Of a stretch of DNA of 64,000 nt, positions 29,259 to 40,733 are shown piece after piece. The notes under the pieces were generated by a model. The model was given only the letters and a program-made list of their open reading frames with translations, did no database searches and was not told the DNA's origin. The translations under genes were made by a program, and so were the position numbers. The stretch comes from an uncultured Rhodospirillales bacterium (GTDB taxonomy: Bacteria > Pseudomonadota > Alphaproteobacteria > Ferrovibrionales > Ferrovibrionaceae), in assembly GCA_937905845.1 (NCBI GenBank), contig CALCYJ010000208.1:23-64022 (forward strand). Direction: 5' to 3'. Within the stretch, counting starts at the first letter, position 1. Every line of letters begins with the position of its first letter.

Positions 29259-30395
29259 ATGATGACGCGCAAGATTTTCACCGCCGAGCACGAACTGTTC
29301 CGCGACCAGGTGCGCCGCTTCGTCGCGCGCGAGATCACGCCCCATCACGACCAGTGGGAGCGGGACGGCATCGTGCCGCGGTCGGCCTGGCTGGCCGCGG
29401 GCGAGGCCGGGCTGCTCTGCGCCACCATGCCCGAGGAATATGGCGGCGCCGGTGCCGACCGCTATTACAGCACCATCGTGATGGAGGAATTCGCGCGCGC
29501 CGGCGCCTCCGGTCCGGGTTTCTCGCTGCATAGCGATATCGTCGCGCCCTATCTCCTCGCCTATGGCACGGAGGAACAGAAGCGCGCCTTTCTGCCGCGC
29601 ATGGCGACGGGCGAGGTGATCGGCGCCATCGCCATGACCGAGCCCGGCGCCGGCTCCGATCTTCAGGGCGTGAAGACGAGCGCGGTGCGCGATGGCGACG
29701 AGCTGGTGATCAACGGCCAGAAGACGTTCATCACCAACGGCCAGAACGCCGATCTCGTCATCCTGGTGACCAAGACCGACCCCGCCGCCGGCGCCAAGGG
29801 CACGACGCTCGTTCTGGTGGAAGCGACGAGGCCGGGCTTCACCAAGGGCCGCAACCTGGAGAAGATCGGCCTGAAGGCGCAGGACACGTCGGAACTGTTC
29901 TTTTCCGACGTGCGGGTGCCTCTCGACAATATCCTGGGCGGCGAGGGCCAGGGTTTCTACCTTCTCATGCAGGAGCTGGCGTGGGAGCGGTTGCAGATCG
30001 CCATCGGCGCCATGGCTTCCGCCGAAGCCTCGCTCGAACAGACGATCGCCTATACCAGGGAGCGCAAGGCGTTCGGCCGCGCGGTCGCCGAGTTCCAGAA
30101 CACCCGCTTCAAGCTCGCCGAACTCAAGACCGAGATCGCGGTCGCCCGCGTCTTCGTCGATCGCTGCATCGCGCTGGTGGCGGAGCGCAAGCTCGATACC
30201 GCCACCGCCGCCATGGCCAAATACTGGTGCTCCGATCTGCAAGGCAAGGTCATCGACGAATGCCTCCAGCTTCACGGCGGCTACGGCTATATGTGGGAAT
30301 TCCCCATCGCCCGCGCCTATGCCGACGCCCGCGTGCAGCGCATCTACGGCGGCACCAACGAGATCATGAAGGAGATTATCGGCCGCACCCTGTGA
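29259..30395 (+). CDS. Acyl-CoA dehydrogenase (tandem paralogue 1)
   Basis: 378 aa. AMTEPGAGSDL, FITNG and IYGGTNEIMKEIIGR motifs. Confidence 0.92.
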   Translation: MMTRKIFTAEHELFRDQVRRFVAREITPHHDQWERDGIVPRSAWLAAGEAGLLCATMPEEYGGAGADRYYSTIVMEEFARAGASGPGFSLHSDIVAPYLLAYGTEEQKRAFLPRMATGEVIGAIAMTEPGAGSDLQGVKTSAVRDGDELVINGQKTFITNGQNADLVILVTKTDPAAGAKGTTLVLVEATRPGFTKGRNLEKIGLKAQDTSELFFSDVRVPLDNILGGEGQGFYLLMQELAWERLQIAIGAMASAEASLEQTIAYTRERKAFGRAVAEFQNTRFKLAELKTEIAVARVFVDRCIALVAERKLDTATAAMAKYWCSDLQGKVIDECLQLHGGYGYMWEFPIARAYADARVQRIYGGTNEIMKEIIGRTL

Positions 30396-30428
30396 TGGGC
30401 TGCGCGCGGATATAAGGAGTTTGAGGCC

Positions 30429-31574
<1,146 letters not shown>

Positions 31575-31616
31575 GACGGGCCGGGCGAAACGGATTCGGG
31601 AAGGGAAGGACAGGTC

Positions 31617-32825
<1,209 letters not shown>

Positions 32826-32896
32826 GGCAACAGGCAAGGGGCTCCGGGCGCGCACGGATGCAGGCGCCGCGGCCCGGAGCCCAAGGAGACCGGGAT

Positions 32897-35026
32897 ATGA
32901 TCGACTACAAGCTCGATGACGACGGGATCGCCACCCTCACCTGGAACATGGCGGACCGCACCATGAACGTGTTGAGCGAGGCTTCGATCGCAGCCTTCAG
33001 CGAGGCGGTGATGCGGGCGATCGGCGATGGCGCGGTCAAGGGCGTCATCATCGCCTCCGCCAAGCCCGACTTCATCGCCGGCGCCGACCTCGCCATGCTG
33101 CAACGCTCGGCCGATGCCGCCCTGATGCAGGCGAACGGCGGAGCGATGCAGGCTTTATTCCGCGCCATGGAAAAGGGCGGCAAGCCCTTCGTCGCCGCCA
33201 TCAACGGCACGGCCTTGGGCGGCGGGCTCGAGATCTGCCTCGCCTGCCATCGCCGCATCGCCGCCGACAATCCGAAGGCGCTGATCGGCCTGCCCGAAGT
33301 TCTGGTGGGGTTGCTGCCGGGCGGCGGCGGCACGCAGCGGCTGCCGCGCATGATCGGCTTGCGGGCGGCGCTGCCCTATCTGCTCGAAGGCCGCAAGGTC
33401 GATCCCGCCCGCGCCTTGAAGGACGGGCTGGTCGACGAGGTGGTGGCGCCGGGCGCGCTGCTCCAGGCGGCACGGGCCTGGCTTTTGAGCGAAGGGCCGA
33501 AGGCTGTGGTGCAACCCTGGGATCAGAAGGGCTTCAAGCTGCCGGGCGGCGGGGTGAATTCGCCGGCCGGCCAGCAGACCTTCATTGCCGGCAATGCCAT
33601 GCTGCATGCCAAGACCTGGGGCAATTACCCGGCGCCGCGCAACATCCTCTCCTGCGTCTACGAGGGCTGCCAGGTCGATATCGACACCGGGCTGCGTATC
33701 GAGACGCGCTATTTCATCAATTGCGCCCTCTCGGCCGAAGCGAAGAACATGATCCGCAGCCTGTTCTTCTCGATCGGCGATGCGAACAAGCTGGCGAGCC
33801 GGCCGAAGGGCGTGCCGACCCAGAATTATGCCCGGATCGGCGTGCTCGGCGCCGGCATGATGGGCGCCGGTATCGCCCATGTCGCGGCCGACGCCGGGAT
33901 CGAGGTGGTGCTGCTCGACAGCAGCGAAGGGGCGGCCGCCCGGGGCAAGGCCCATAGCGCCGCACTCCTGGAAAAGAAGGTGCAGCAGAAGCGCCTTACG
34001 CCGGCGGCGCGCGATGAAAAGCTCGCGCGCATCCATCCGACCGTCGATTTCGCCGATCTCGCCGGCGTCGATCTGGTGATCGAGGCGGTGTTCGAGAATC
34101 GCGAGATCAAGGCCGAGGTAACGCGCAAGGCCGAGGCGGTGATCGGCGCCGGCGCGATTTTCGCCTCCAATACCTCGACGCTGCCCATCACCGGCCTGGC
34201 CCAGGCCTCCATCCGTCCGGAAAATTTCATCGGCCTGCATTTCTTCTCGCCCGTAGACCGGATGCCGCTGGTCGAGATCATCCGCGGCAAGGCCACGAGC
34301 GATGCCTGCCTCGCCCGCGCGATGGATTTCGTCAAGAAGATCCGCAAGACCCCGATCGTGGTGAACGATTCCCGCGGCTTCTATACCAGCCGCGTGTTCG
34401 GCACCTATGTCGCCGAAGGGCTGGCGCTGCTGGGCGAAGGGGTCGCCCCGGCGCTGATCGAGAACGCCGGCCGGCTCGCCGGCATGCCGGTGGGGCCGCT
34501 GGCGCTGGCCGACGAGGTCTCGCTCGATCTCATGCACAAGGTCGGGCGGCAGACGCGGGCCGATCTTGGCAAGGATTATCGGCCCGGCCCCGGCGATGGC
34601 GTGACGGCGCTGATGGTGGAAAAGCTCGGCCGCATCGGCAAGAAGGCGGGCAAGGGCTTCTACGATTATCCGGCCGAGGGACGAAAGCTGCTCTGGGCCG
34701 GGCTCAAGGATCAGTTCCCGCCGGCCGCCAATCAGCCGACGCTGGCGGCGGTGAAGCAGCGCCTCATGTACGTGCAGTCGGTGGAGACGGCGCGCTGCCT
34801 CGAAGAGAGGGTGGTGATGGATCCCCGCGATGCCGATGTCGGCTCGATCCTGGGCTGGGGCTTCGCGCCCTTCCAGGGCGGCACCGTCAGCCAGATCCAT
34901 AGTATCGGCGTCGCGCGCTTCGTCGCCGAATGCGACCATCTGGCCCAGGCCCATGGCCACCGTTTCGCGCCGCCCAAGCTGCTGCGCGACATGGCGGCGG
35001 CGGGCAGCGCCTTCTATCCCGGCTGA
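32897..35026 (+). CDS. FadB-type multifunctional enoyl-CoA hydratase / 3-hydroxyacyl-CoA dehydrogenase
   Basis: ATG 32897. N-terminal crotonase domain (FIAGADL, ALGGGLEICLACH), then VLGAGMMGAGIA Rossmann motif. About 709 aa. Confidence 0.9.
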   Translation: MIDYKLDDDGIATLTWNMADRTMNVLSEASIAAFSEAVMRAIGDGAVKGVIIASAKPDFIAGADLAMLQRSADAALMQANGGAMQALFRAMEKGGKPFVAAINGTALGGGLEICLACHRRIAADNPKALIGLPEVLVGLLPGGGGTQRLPRMIGLRAALPYLLEGRKVDPARALKDGLVDEVVAPGALLQAARAWLLSEGPKAVVQPWDQKGFKLPGGGVNSPAGQQTFIAGNAMLHAKTWGNYPAPRNILSCVYEGCQVDIDTGLRIETRYFINCALSAEAKNMIRSLFFSIGDANKLASRPKGVPTQNYARIGVLGAGMMGAGIAHVAADAGIEVVLLDSSEGAAARGKAHSAALLEKKVQQKRLTPAARDEKLARIHPTVDFADLAGVDLVIEAVFENREIKAEVTRKAEAVIGAGAIFASNTSTLPITGLAQASIRPENFIGLHFFSPVDRMPLVEIIRGKATSDACLARAMDFVKKIRKTPIVVNDSRGFYTSRVFGTYVAEGLALLGEGVAPALIENAGRLAGMPVGPLALADEVSLDLMHKVGRQTRADLGKDYRPGPGDGVTALMVEKLGRIGKKAGKGFYDYPAEGRKLLWAGLKDQFPPAANQPTLAAVKQRLMYVQSVETARCLEERVVMDPRDADVGSILGWGFAPFQGGTVSQIHSIGVARFVAECDHLAQAHGHRFAPPKLLRDMAAAGSAFYPG

Positions 35027-35050
35027 AGCGGCCGAAGCCCGGCCACGGCT

Positions 35051-35971
35051 CTAGACGAGGCGGGCGCCGAGGGCTTCGGCCCTGGCCCGCACCTCGGGCG
35101 GCAGCGGCACGGATTTGCGGCGCGCGAGATCGAAGGTCACCAGCACGATCTCGATCGAGGTGACGGGGGCGCTGGTCGCGGCATCGATCATGTGGTGATA
35201 GAGGCGGATGACCTTGCTGCCCGCCTCGATGAGGCCGCTGCGCACGAGAACCGCGTCGGCGGGCTTGAGGGGGCGGTGGTAGCGCACGACGTAATCGAGC
35301 GCCGCGCCGCCGAGATTGCGTTCGAGCCGCGCCGCGCCGGCGAGGCCAAGCGTGTTCCAGACCTGCGACATCGCATTCGAGAAACGGTGGATGTGAAAGC
35401 GCAGCGCGGCGAGGCCGTTCTCGTCCGCCTCCCAGGCATTGACGAAGCCGCGATAGCTTTCCAGCGGCGCGGCGTCCGGCCCCGGCGCCTCGGGTCCCTG
35501 CGGCGCCGGCATGGGCGGGCCGGCGAAACGGGCGGCCAGGGCCTCCGCCTGAAGGCGGACATCGGCGGGCCAGGGCGCGGTTTCCCGCCGGTCGAGGTCG
35601 AAAGGCACCAGGCGGCGCTCGAAGATCGCGGCGATCTCGCCCTTTTCGCGGTTGCGCACCTCGGTATGGCTGAGGCAGCCCTCATCGTCCACGGCGCGGA
35701 TGCCGCTCGCCATGGTGAGGATGTCGCCTGCGCGCAATTCGCGCCGGAACAGCACGCGGTCCTCGGCCGGCAGCAAGGTTAGCCTGCGGGTAGCGATCGC
35801 GGCCGGGCTCAGGCCCAGCGCCAGCCGCAGGAAGCCCAGCGCGTCCGCCGCCTTGGCCACGTAGAACTGCACGTTCATATGGCCCATATTGTCGCATTCC
35901 CAGGCATTGACGGCGCCGCGATAGGTGGGGATGAGGCCGTTGTCCCCGTCGGTCCTGTCGATGCCGGTCAT
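35051..35971 (-). CDS. Double hotdog-fold acyl-CoA thioesterase (4HBT-like)
   Basis: 306 aa (MTGIDRTDG...). Module 1 has YRGAVNAWECDNMGHMNVQFY. Module 2 has the degenerate YRGFVNAWEADENGLAALRFH. Only the 3' half of ORF 35051..36814 is taken as coding. Confidence 0.75.
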   Translation of the reverse strand: MTGIDRTDGDNGLIPTYRGAVNAWECDNMGHMNVQFYVAKAADALGFLRLALGLSPAAIATRRLTLLPAEDRVLFRRELRAGDILTMASGIRAVDDEGCLSHTEVRNREKGEIAAIFERRLVPFDLDRRETAPWPADVRLQAEALAARFAGPPMPAPQGPEAPGPDAAPLESYRGFVNAWEADENGLAALRFHIHRFSNAMSQVWNTLGLAGAARLERNLGGAALDYVVRYHRPLKPADAVLVRSGLIEAGSKVIRLYHHMIDAATSAPVTSIEIVLVTFDLARRKSVPLPPEVRARAEALGARLV

Positions 35972-36396
35972 GCCGCGACAATCGTCATCAGCGCGCTCGC
36001 CCGGGCCCTGACCTCGTCGGGCAGCGGACAGGCGGCGCGGCGGTCGAGATCCATGCAGATCCCGACCCCCGTCATCGTCATGGCGATTTCGCCGCTCGCC
36101 GCCTGGAGCATCCGGTGCGCCATGGCGATGGTCTTTTCCGCGCAGCCGGTGATGGCGCTCTCGATCACCACCAGATCGCCCGCCCGCACCTCGCGGCGGT
36201 AGCGGATCTGCTGTTCGACGGCGGCGAGGCCGAGGCGGCGCTCGCGCACCATCGTCGGGCCCATGCCAAGCTCGTACATCAGGTGCCAGGCGGCATCGCT
36301 CATCCGGCTGATATAGAACTGCACGTTCCAATGGCCGAGATGGTCGCATTCCCAGGCCGCAGCCTGACCGCGGTAGGTCTCGAAATATCCGGACAT
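35968..36396 (-). CDS. Hotdog-fold acyl-CoA thioesterase (4HBT-like)
   Basis: 142 aa. YRGQAAAWECDHLGHWNVQFY. The stop overlaps the downstream start (ATGA-type coupling). Confidence 0.8.
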   Translation of the reverse strand: MSGYFETYRGQAAAWECDHLGHWNVQFYISRMSDAAWHLMYELGMGPTMVRERRLGLAAVEQQIRYRREVRAGDLVVIESAITGCAEKTIAMAHRMLQAASGEIAMTMTGVGICMDLDRRAACPLPDEVRARASALMTIVAA

Positions 36397-36450
36397 TCGT
36401 CTGAAGGGCCTTGGATTGAATCCCGGCGGCGGGAGGAGAGCGGGTCGGCG

Positions 36451-37101
36451 TCAGGCGAGGGCGGCGCCGCCGGCGAGGACAGGGGTGCCGATCATCGCCA
36501 GGAATTCCCGGCGGGTCATCGGATCGTCGCGGAAGGCGCCTAGCATATGGCTCGTCACCATGGTGACGCCCGCCTTGTGGACGCCGCGCGTGGTCATGCA
36601 CTGGTGCGCCGCCTCGATCACCACGGCGACGCCGCGCGGCTGCAACACGGAATGCAGCGTATTGGCGATCTGCACCGTGAGCTTTTCCTGAATCTGAAGC
36701 CGCTTGGCATAGACTTCGACCACCCGCGCCAGCTTGGAGATGCCGACCACCCGGTTGGCCGGCAGATAGGCGACATGGATCTTGCCGATGATCGGCACCA
36801 TGTGGTGTTCGCAATGGCTTTCCAGACGGATGTCGCGGAGCACGATCATCTCGTCGTAGCCCTCGGTCTCCTCGAAGGTGCGTTGAAGGATCTCGGCCGG
36901 ATCCTCGCGATAGCCGGTGAAGAATTCCTCGTAGGACCGGACCACCCGTTCCGGCGTGCCGAGCAGACCCTCCCGTGTCGGATCATCGCCCGCCCAGCGG
37001 ATGAGCGTATGGACGGCGGCTTCCGCCTCGGCGCGGGTGGGGCGGTCGCTGATGCCTGGGGCATCCGGCCGGCGGCGGATATTCACCGGATCTACGGTCA
37101 C
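36451..37101 (-). CDS. folE: GTP cyclohydrolase I
   Basis: 216 aa. [21 protein letters not shown] and QERLT-type (QEKLTVQIA) motifs. GTG start is preceded by AGGAG 8 nt upstream. Confidence 0.93.
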   Translation of the reverse strand: MTVDPVNIRRRPDAPGISDRPTRAEAEAAVHTLIRWAGDDPTREGLLGTPERVVRSYEEFFTGYREDPAEILQRTFEETEGYDEMIVLRDIRLESHCEHHMVPIIGKIHVAYLPANRVVGISKLARVVEVYAKRLQIQEKLTVQIANTLHSVLQPRGVAVVIEAAHQCMTTRGVHKAGVTMVTSHMLGAFRDDPMTRREFLAMIGTPVLAGGAALA

Positions 37102-37105
37102 GGGC

Positions 37106-37185
37106 TGATCTCCTGAAACCTGTCGGTTAGACGAGGGCGGTATCGCTTTTCCGATCTGAAACCTGATTCCGATCTGAAACCTGAT
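37106..37185 (-). promoter_or_regulatory. Direct repeats in the folE leader
   Basis: CCGATCTGAAACCTGAT at 37151-37167 and again at 37169-37185 (18-bp period). A third degenerate copy GATCTCCTGAAACCTG (37106-37122) overlaps the folE SD. Confidence 0.5.
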
Positions 37186-37274
37186 GAGGCGTCGAGCCGA
37201 TCATTCACGGCCCTCCGACCGCTTGCCGGTCAAAGAGAAAAGACCGCCCCAACCCTTGACCGGTCCGGAGCACC

Positions 37275-37667
37275 TCAATTCAATCGCACGGCGTCGTGGG
37301 GGCTATCCAATGAAAATGCGGGTATCGAAACTTCAAAATTCTCGCCTGAATTAGTCTTCATATGATAGGAGCCTACCATAATTCCCGACGGCGTCGCCAG
37401 GGGCGTGCCGCTGGTATATTCGAACGCCTGGCCGGGTTCGAGCACCGGCTGTTCGCCGACCACGCCCTCGCCCCGCACTTCCTGCGTCCGCCCCTTGGCA
37501 TCGGTGATACGCCAATAGCGCGAGCGTAGCTGCACCGTCTCCTGGCCGAGATTCTCGATCCGGACCTGATAGGCCCAGACGTAGTAATTCTCCGTCGGCG
37601 AGGACTGGTCCTCGAGAAACATCGGCTTTACCGTGATGGCGATTGCGCGCGTGGTCTTCCTGTACAT
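37275..37667 (-). CDS. apaG: ApaG protein
   Basis: 130 aa. [31 protein letters not shown]...YWRITDAKG...[16 protein letters not shown] is the canonical ApaG/DUF525 pattern. Confidence 0.92.
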   Translation of the reverse strand: MYRKTTRAIAITVKPMFLEDQSSPTENYYVWAYQVRIENLGQETVQLRSRYWRITDAKGRTQEVRGEGVVGEQPVLEPGQAFEYTSGTPLATPSGIMVGSYHMKTNSGENFEVSIPAFSLDSPHDAVRLN

Positions 37668-38141
37668 GCCGCAGCTCCGTGTCGCCGCCTCGTCCGCCGC
37701 CTGCCTTTCGGCCCGATTTTCCGGCCCGGTCTGCCGACCCGTTCTGCCGGCAAAGCAACCGTTGGCCCCGCGATCGGCTCGCCGCAACGCGCCTTGGCCC
37801 AAGGTTCAATATCGCGCCCGCTTTGCCGTTTGTCTAGATGCGAGGCGGCACTGTGTCTTTTGTGCATCATCCATCGTGCCATCGACGGCCGTTTTGGGGT
37901 GGTGGCGTTGCAATCGGGGGTGGCCGCGCCTACGTTCGATAGGAGCTTAAAGTCGCTGCGCGGCAAGGCCGTCGCCCCGCCCCGGTACTCGGATTGCGGT
38001 CTGACTTTACCGATCGTGGTCCGATCCGACCCAAGGGGCGCAGCCGTTCCCTCCACAGGCTATGGGCCGTCACGCGACGGCGGCCGGCCCCGGCGGGCAG
38101 AGCGACTATGAGACGCAGAATAGATTAAAGAGAGCAATGCA

Positions 38142-39227
38142 ATGAACAGACTTCGTCTCGGACTGGTCCTTACCGCAGCGCTTGCCGCAGCACCGGGGAT
38201 CGCCTTCGCACAGGATGCCGTCGTCACCAACAACAACGAGGGCTGGTACGCCACGCTGGGCGGCGGCCTCAACATGCTCACCAATTCCGACATCAAGGGC
38301 GGCGCTTACGAGAGCACGGGCAAGTTCCACGACGGCTTCACCGGCCTTGGCGCCGTTGGCTACAGTTTCGGTCACTTCGAGCTTGAAGGCGAGCTTGCCG
38401 CCCGCCGCAACGGCGTCAAGGATCTGACCAATCCGGGCGGCGGGACCGGCCATGTCTGGGCCGAGAGCCTCATGGTCAACGCGATCTACGACTTCCTGCC
38501 GGACCGGGCCCTCAGCCCTTATATCGGCGTGGGCGCCGGCGCCGCGCACGTCAATTACAGCGACGTGGGCGGCTCGTCCGGCGCGCTGATCAACGACAGC
38601 GACAATGTGTTCGCCTATCAGGGCATTGTCGGCCTGCGCTATAACATCAGCAGCCAGTGGACGGCGGATATCGATTATCGCTACTTCGCCACCGCGAACC
38701 CCGACTTCAACACCAACGGCAATACGGTTCCGGCGACCAACAGCGTCAGGGGCCAGTACCGTTCGAACAATTTCCTGGTCGGGCTGACCTACCATTTCGG
38801 CGCGCCGCCGCCGGCGATGCCCGTCGCGGCACCCGAACCGCCGCCGCCACCGCCCCCGCCGCCCCCACCGATGGCCGAGGCGCCGAAGCCAATTCCTCAG
38901 GTCTATCTGGTGTTTTTCGCCTTCAACAGATCCGAAATCAGCCCGGTGGCAGCCCAGGTACTTGACCACGCCATTGGCGATTTCCAGCGGACCGGCAGCG
39001 TCGCTTTCGACGTGAAGGGCTATACCGACCTCGCCGGCACCGAAAAGTACAATCTGAAGCTTTCCGAGCGCCGTGCCGATGCGGTGAAGGCCTACCTGCT
39101 GGCCCATGGCGTTGCCGCGAGCCAGATCAAGACCGAGTGGTTCGGTGAAGCCGACCCGCGTGTGCCGACGGCACCGGGCGTGCGCAACCAGGAGAACCGC
39201 CGCGCCGAGATCGTTCTGACCAAGTAG
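38142..39227 (+). CDS. Outer-membrane protein: N-terminal beta-barrel, poly-Pro linker, C-terminal OmpA domain
   Basis: Signal peptide MNRLRLGLVLTAALAAAPGIAFAQ. Barrel region with aromatic-terminated strands. Linker APEPPPPPPPPPPPMAE. The OmpA-like domain includes TDLAGTEKYNLKLSERRADAV. Confidence 0.88.
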   Translation: MNRLRLGLVLTAALAAAPGIAFAQDAVVTNNNEGWYATLGGGLNMLTNSDIKGGAYESTGKFHDGFTGLGAVGYSFGHFELEGELAARRNGVKDLTNPGGGTGHVWAESLMVNAIYDFLPDRALSPYIGVGAGAAHVNYSDVGGSSGALINDSDNVFAYQGIVGLRYNISSQWTADIDYRYFATANPDFNTNGNTVPATNSVRGQYRSNNFLVGLTYHFGAPPPAMPVAAPEPPPPPPPPPPPMAEAPKPIPQVYLVFFAFNRSEISPVAAQVLDHAIGDFQRTGSVAFDVKGYTDLAGTEKYNLKLSERRADAVKAYLLAHGVAASQIKTEWFGEADPRVPTAPGVRNQENRRAEIVLTK

Positions 39228-39251
39228 TCTGACGATTGAAGCCTGATGAAG

Positions 39252-39291
39252 CCGGCCGGCGGGGCTTGTTCCCGTCGGCCGGTTGCTTTTT
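39252..39291 (+). terminator. Rho-independent terminator after the ompA-like gene
   Basis: About 12-bp GC-rich stem CCGGCCGGCGGGG / CCCGTCGGCCGG, followed by TTGCTTTTT. Confidence 0.7.
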
Positions 39292-39330
39292 GAGATCGCC
39301 GCATTCAGAAGCGGGAAGCGATGCCGGCGC

Positions 39331-40554
39331 CTATTCCAGCGCCTGGGCCAGATCCTCGATCAGATCCTCGACATCCTCCAGCCCGACCGAGAGCCGCAGC
39401 ATGCCATCGCCGATGCCGAGGCTTTCGCGCTCGGCTTGGTTGAGCCGCTGATGGGTGGTGGTGGCCGGATGGGTGACGAGGCTCTTGGCATCGCCGAGAT
39501 TGTTCGAAATATCGATCAGCCGGAGACGGTCGAGCATGCGGAAGGCACCCGCCTTGCCGCCCGCGACATCGAATCCCACCATGCCACCGCCGCCGCTCAT
39601 CTGGCGCTTGGCCAGCGCCGCCTGGGGATGATCGGCCCGGCCCGGATAGAGGACGCGGCCGATGCCGGGCTGGTCCGCCAGGAAATCGGCGACCCGCGCG
39701 GCATTCTCGCTATGGCGCGCCACCCGGAGATGGAGGGTTTCGAGACCCTTGAGCAGCACCCAGGCGTTGAACGGGCTCATCGCCGGCCCGGTATGCCGGA
39801 GATAAGGTGCCAGATGATTGTCGAGGAAATCCTGCGACGACAAGATGACGCCTCCAAGGCAGCGGCCCTGGCCGTCGATATGTTTGGTGGCGGAATAGAC
39901 CACCACGTCGGCCCCGAGTTCGAGCGGCTTTTGCAGCATCGGCGTGGCGAAGACATTGTCGACCACGACAATAGCCCCGGCGGCATGGGCCAGTTTCGCC
40001 ACCTCGACGAGATCGATGATCTCGAGCGTCGGGTTCGAGGGGGTTTCGAGGAAGATGCAGGCGGCGCCGGGCGCCAGCGCGCGCTGCCAGGCGGCAAGAT
40101 CGGTCCCGTCCACCAGCTCGGTGATGACGCCGAAGCGGGGCAGGATCTCCTTCAGGATATAGGTGCAGGAGCCGAACAGCGCCCGCGCCGCCACCACCCG
40201 GTCGCCCGCCCTGAGCTGACAGGTCAGCGCCGCATTGACCGCGGCCATGCCGCTCGCGGTCGCGCGCGCGGCTTCCGCCCCTTCGAGCAGCGCCATCCGC
40301 TCCTCGAACATGGCGACGGTCGGATTGGAGAAGCGGCTGTAGATGAAGCCCGGCTCGTCATGGCGGAAGCGTGCTTCCGCGGCTTCCGCGCTGGCGTAGG
40401 AAAAGCCCGAGGTGAGGAAGATCGCCTCCGACGTCTCGCCGAAATTGCTGCGAAGCGTGCCGCCGCGCACCAGGCGCGTCGCGGCGCGGAGCTTGCCGGC
40501 GGGAGCCGTCGGTCTGTCCTGGTGCTGGCCTTGGGCCCGCTCTTTTTCGCTCAT
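39331..40554 (-). CDS. metZ: O-succinylhomoserine sulfhydrylase (Cys/Met-metabolism PLP enzyme)
   Basis: TRLVRGGTLRSNFGETSEAIFLTSGF.Y, FIYSRFSNPTV, and ATKHIDGQGR carrying the PLP lysine. ATG at 40554; a GTG lies at 40557. Confidence 0.85.
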   Translation of the reverse strand: MSEKERAQGQHQDRPTAPAGKLRAATRLVRGGTLRSNFGETSEAIFLTSGFSYASAEAAEARFRHDEPGFIYSRFSNPTVAMFEERMALLEGAEAARATASGMAAVNAALTCQLRAGDRVVAARALFGSCTYILKEILPRFGVITELVDGTDLAAWQRALAPGAACIFLETPSNPTLEIIDLVEVAKLAHAAGAIVVVDNVFATPMLQKPLELGADVVVYSATKHIDGQGRCLGGVILSSQDFLDNHLAPYLRHTGPAMSPFNAWVLLKGLETLHLRVARHSENAARVADFLADQPGIGRVLYPGRADHPQAALAKRQMSGGGGMVGFDVAGGKAGAFRMLDRLRLIDISNNLGDAKSLVTHPATTTHQRLNQAERESLGIGDGMLRLSVGLEDVEDLIEDLAQALE

Positions 40555-40580
40555 CACCCTCTCCTCGCAAGCCGGGCATG

Positions 40581-40608
40581 AAAAACCCCGGCGCCAAAAG
40601 GACCGGGG
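40581..40608 (-). terminator. Intrinsic terminator-like hairpin in the metZ leader (probable riboswitch expression platform)
   Basis: RNA reads CCCCGGUCC UUUU GGCGCCGGGG followed by UUUUU. It sits between the SAM-II-like element and the metZ SD. Confidence 0.6.
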
Positions 40609-40620
40609 CTCAAGAGCAGC

Positions 40621-40676
40621 GACCTTTTAGCGTGTTGTTTAACGTGGCCGCAAGCCGGTCGGCTCAAATCACCACG
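40621..40676 (-). ncRNA. Candidate SAM-II riboswitch
   Basis: Minus-strand RNA is CGUGGUGAUUUGAGCCGACCGGCUUGCGGCCACGUUAAACAACACGCUAAAAGG. P1 is CGUGG/CCACG. GAUUU, GGCUUGC, GUUAAA and GCUAAAA blocks match the SAM-II (metA-element) consensus as I recall it. Its position upstream of a methionine biosynthesis gene fits. Confidence 0.6.
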
Positions 40677-40733
40677 ACGGGCGTTTTACTATGACGGGTA
40701 TCCTGCGTCAAGCCTGTGTCTGTGCCGCCGGAT

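Noticed and set aside
35972-36814. N-terminal 280 codons of the 587-aa ORF 35051..36814
   Set aside because: This part overlaps the 142-aa thioesterase gene and folE in other frames. The sequence there is Arg/Pro/Gly-rich. The real start is ATG 35971.
37102-37274. Annotating a THF-II (folE motif) riboswitch as a feature
   Set aside because: I could not derive the expected conserved hairpin from the sequence and do not remember the consensus well enough. It is kept as a hypothesis to test with a covariance model.
38818-38880. CCG/CCC-rich tract as a DNA repeat element
   Set aside because: It encodes the poly-proline linker (PPPPPPPPPPP) of the OmpA-like protein. This is coding low complexity, not an independent repeat element.
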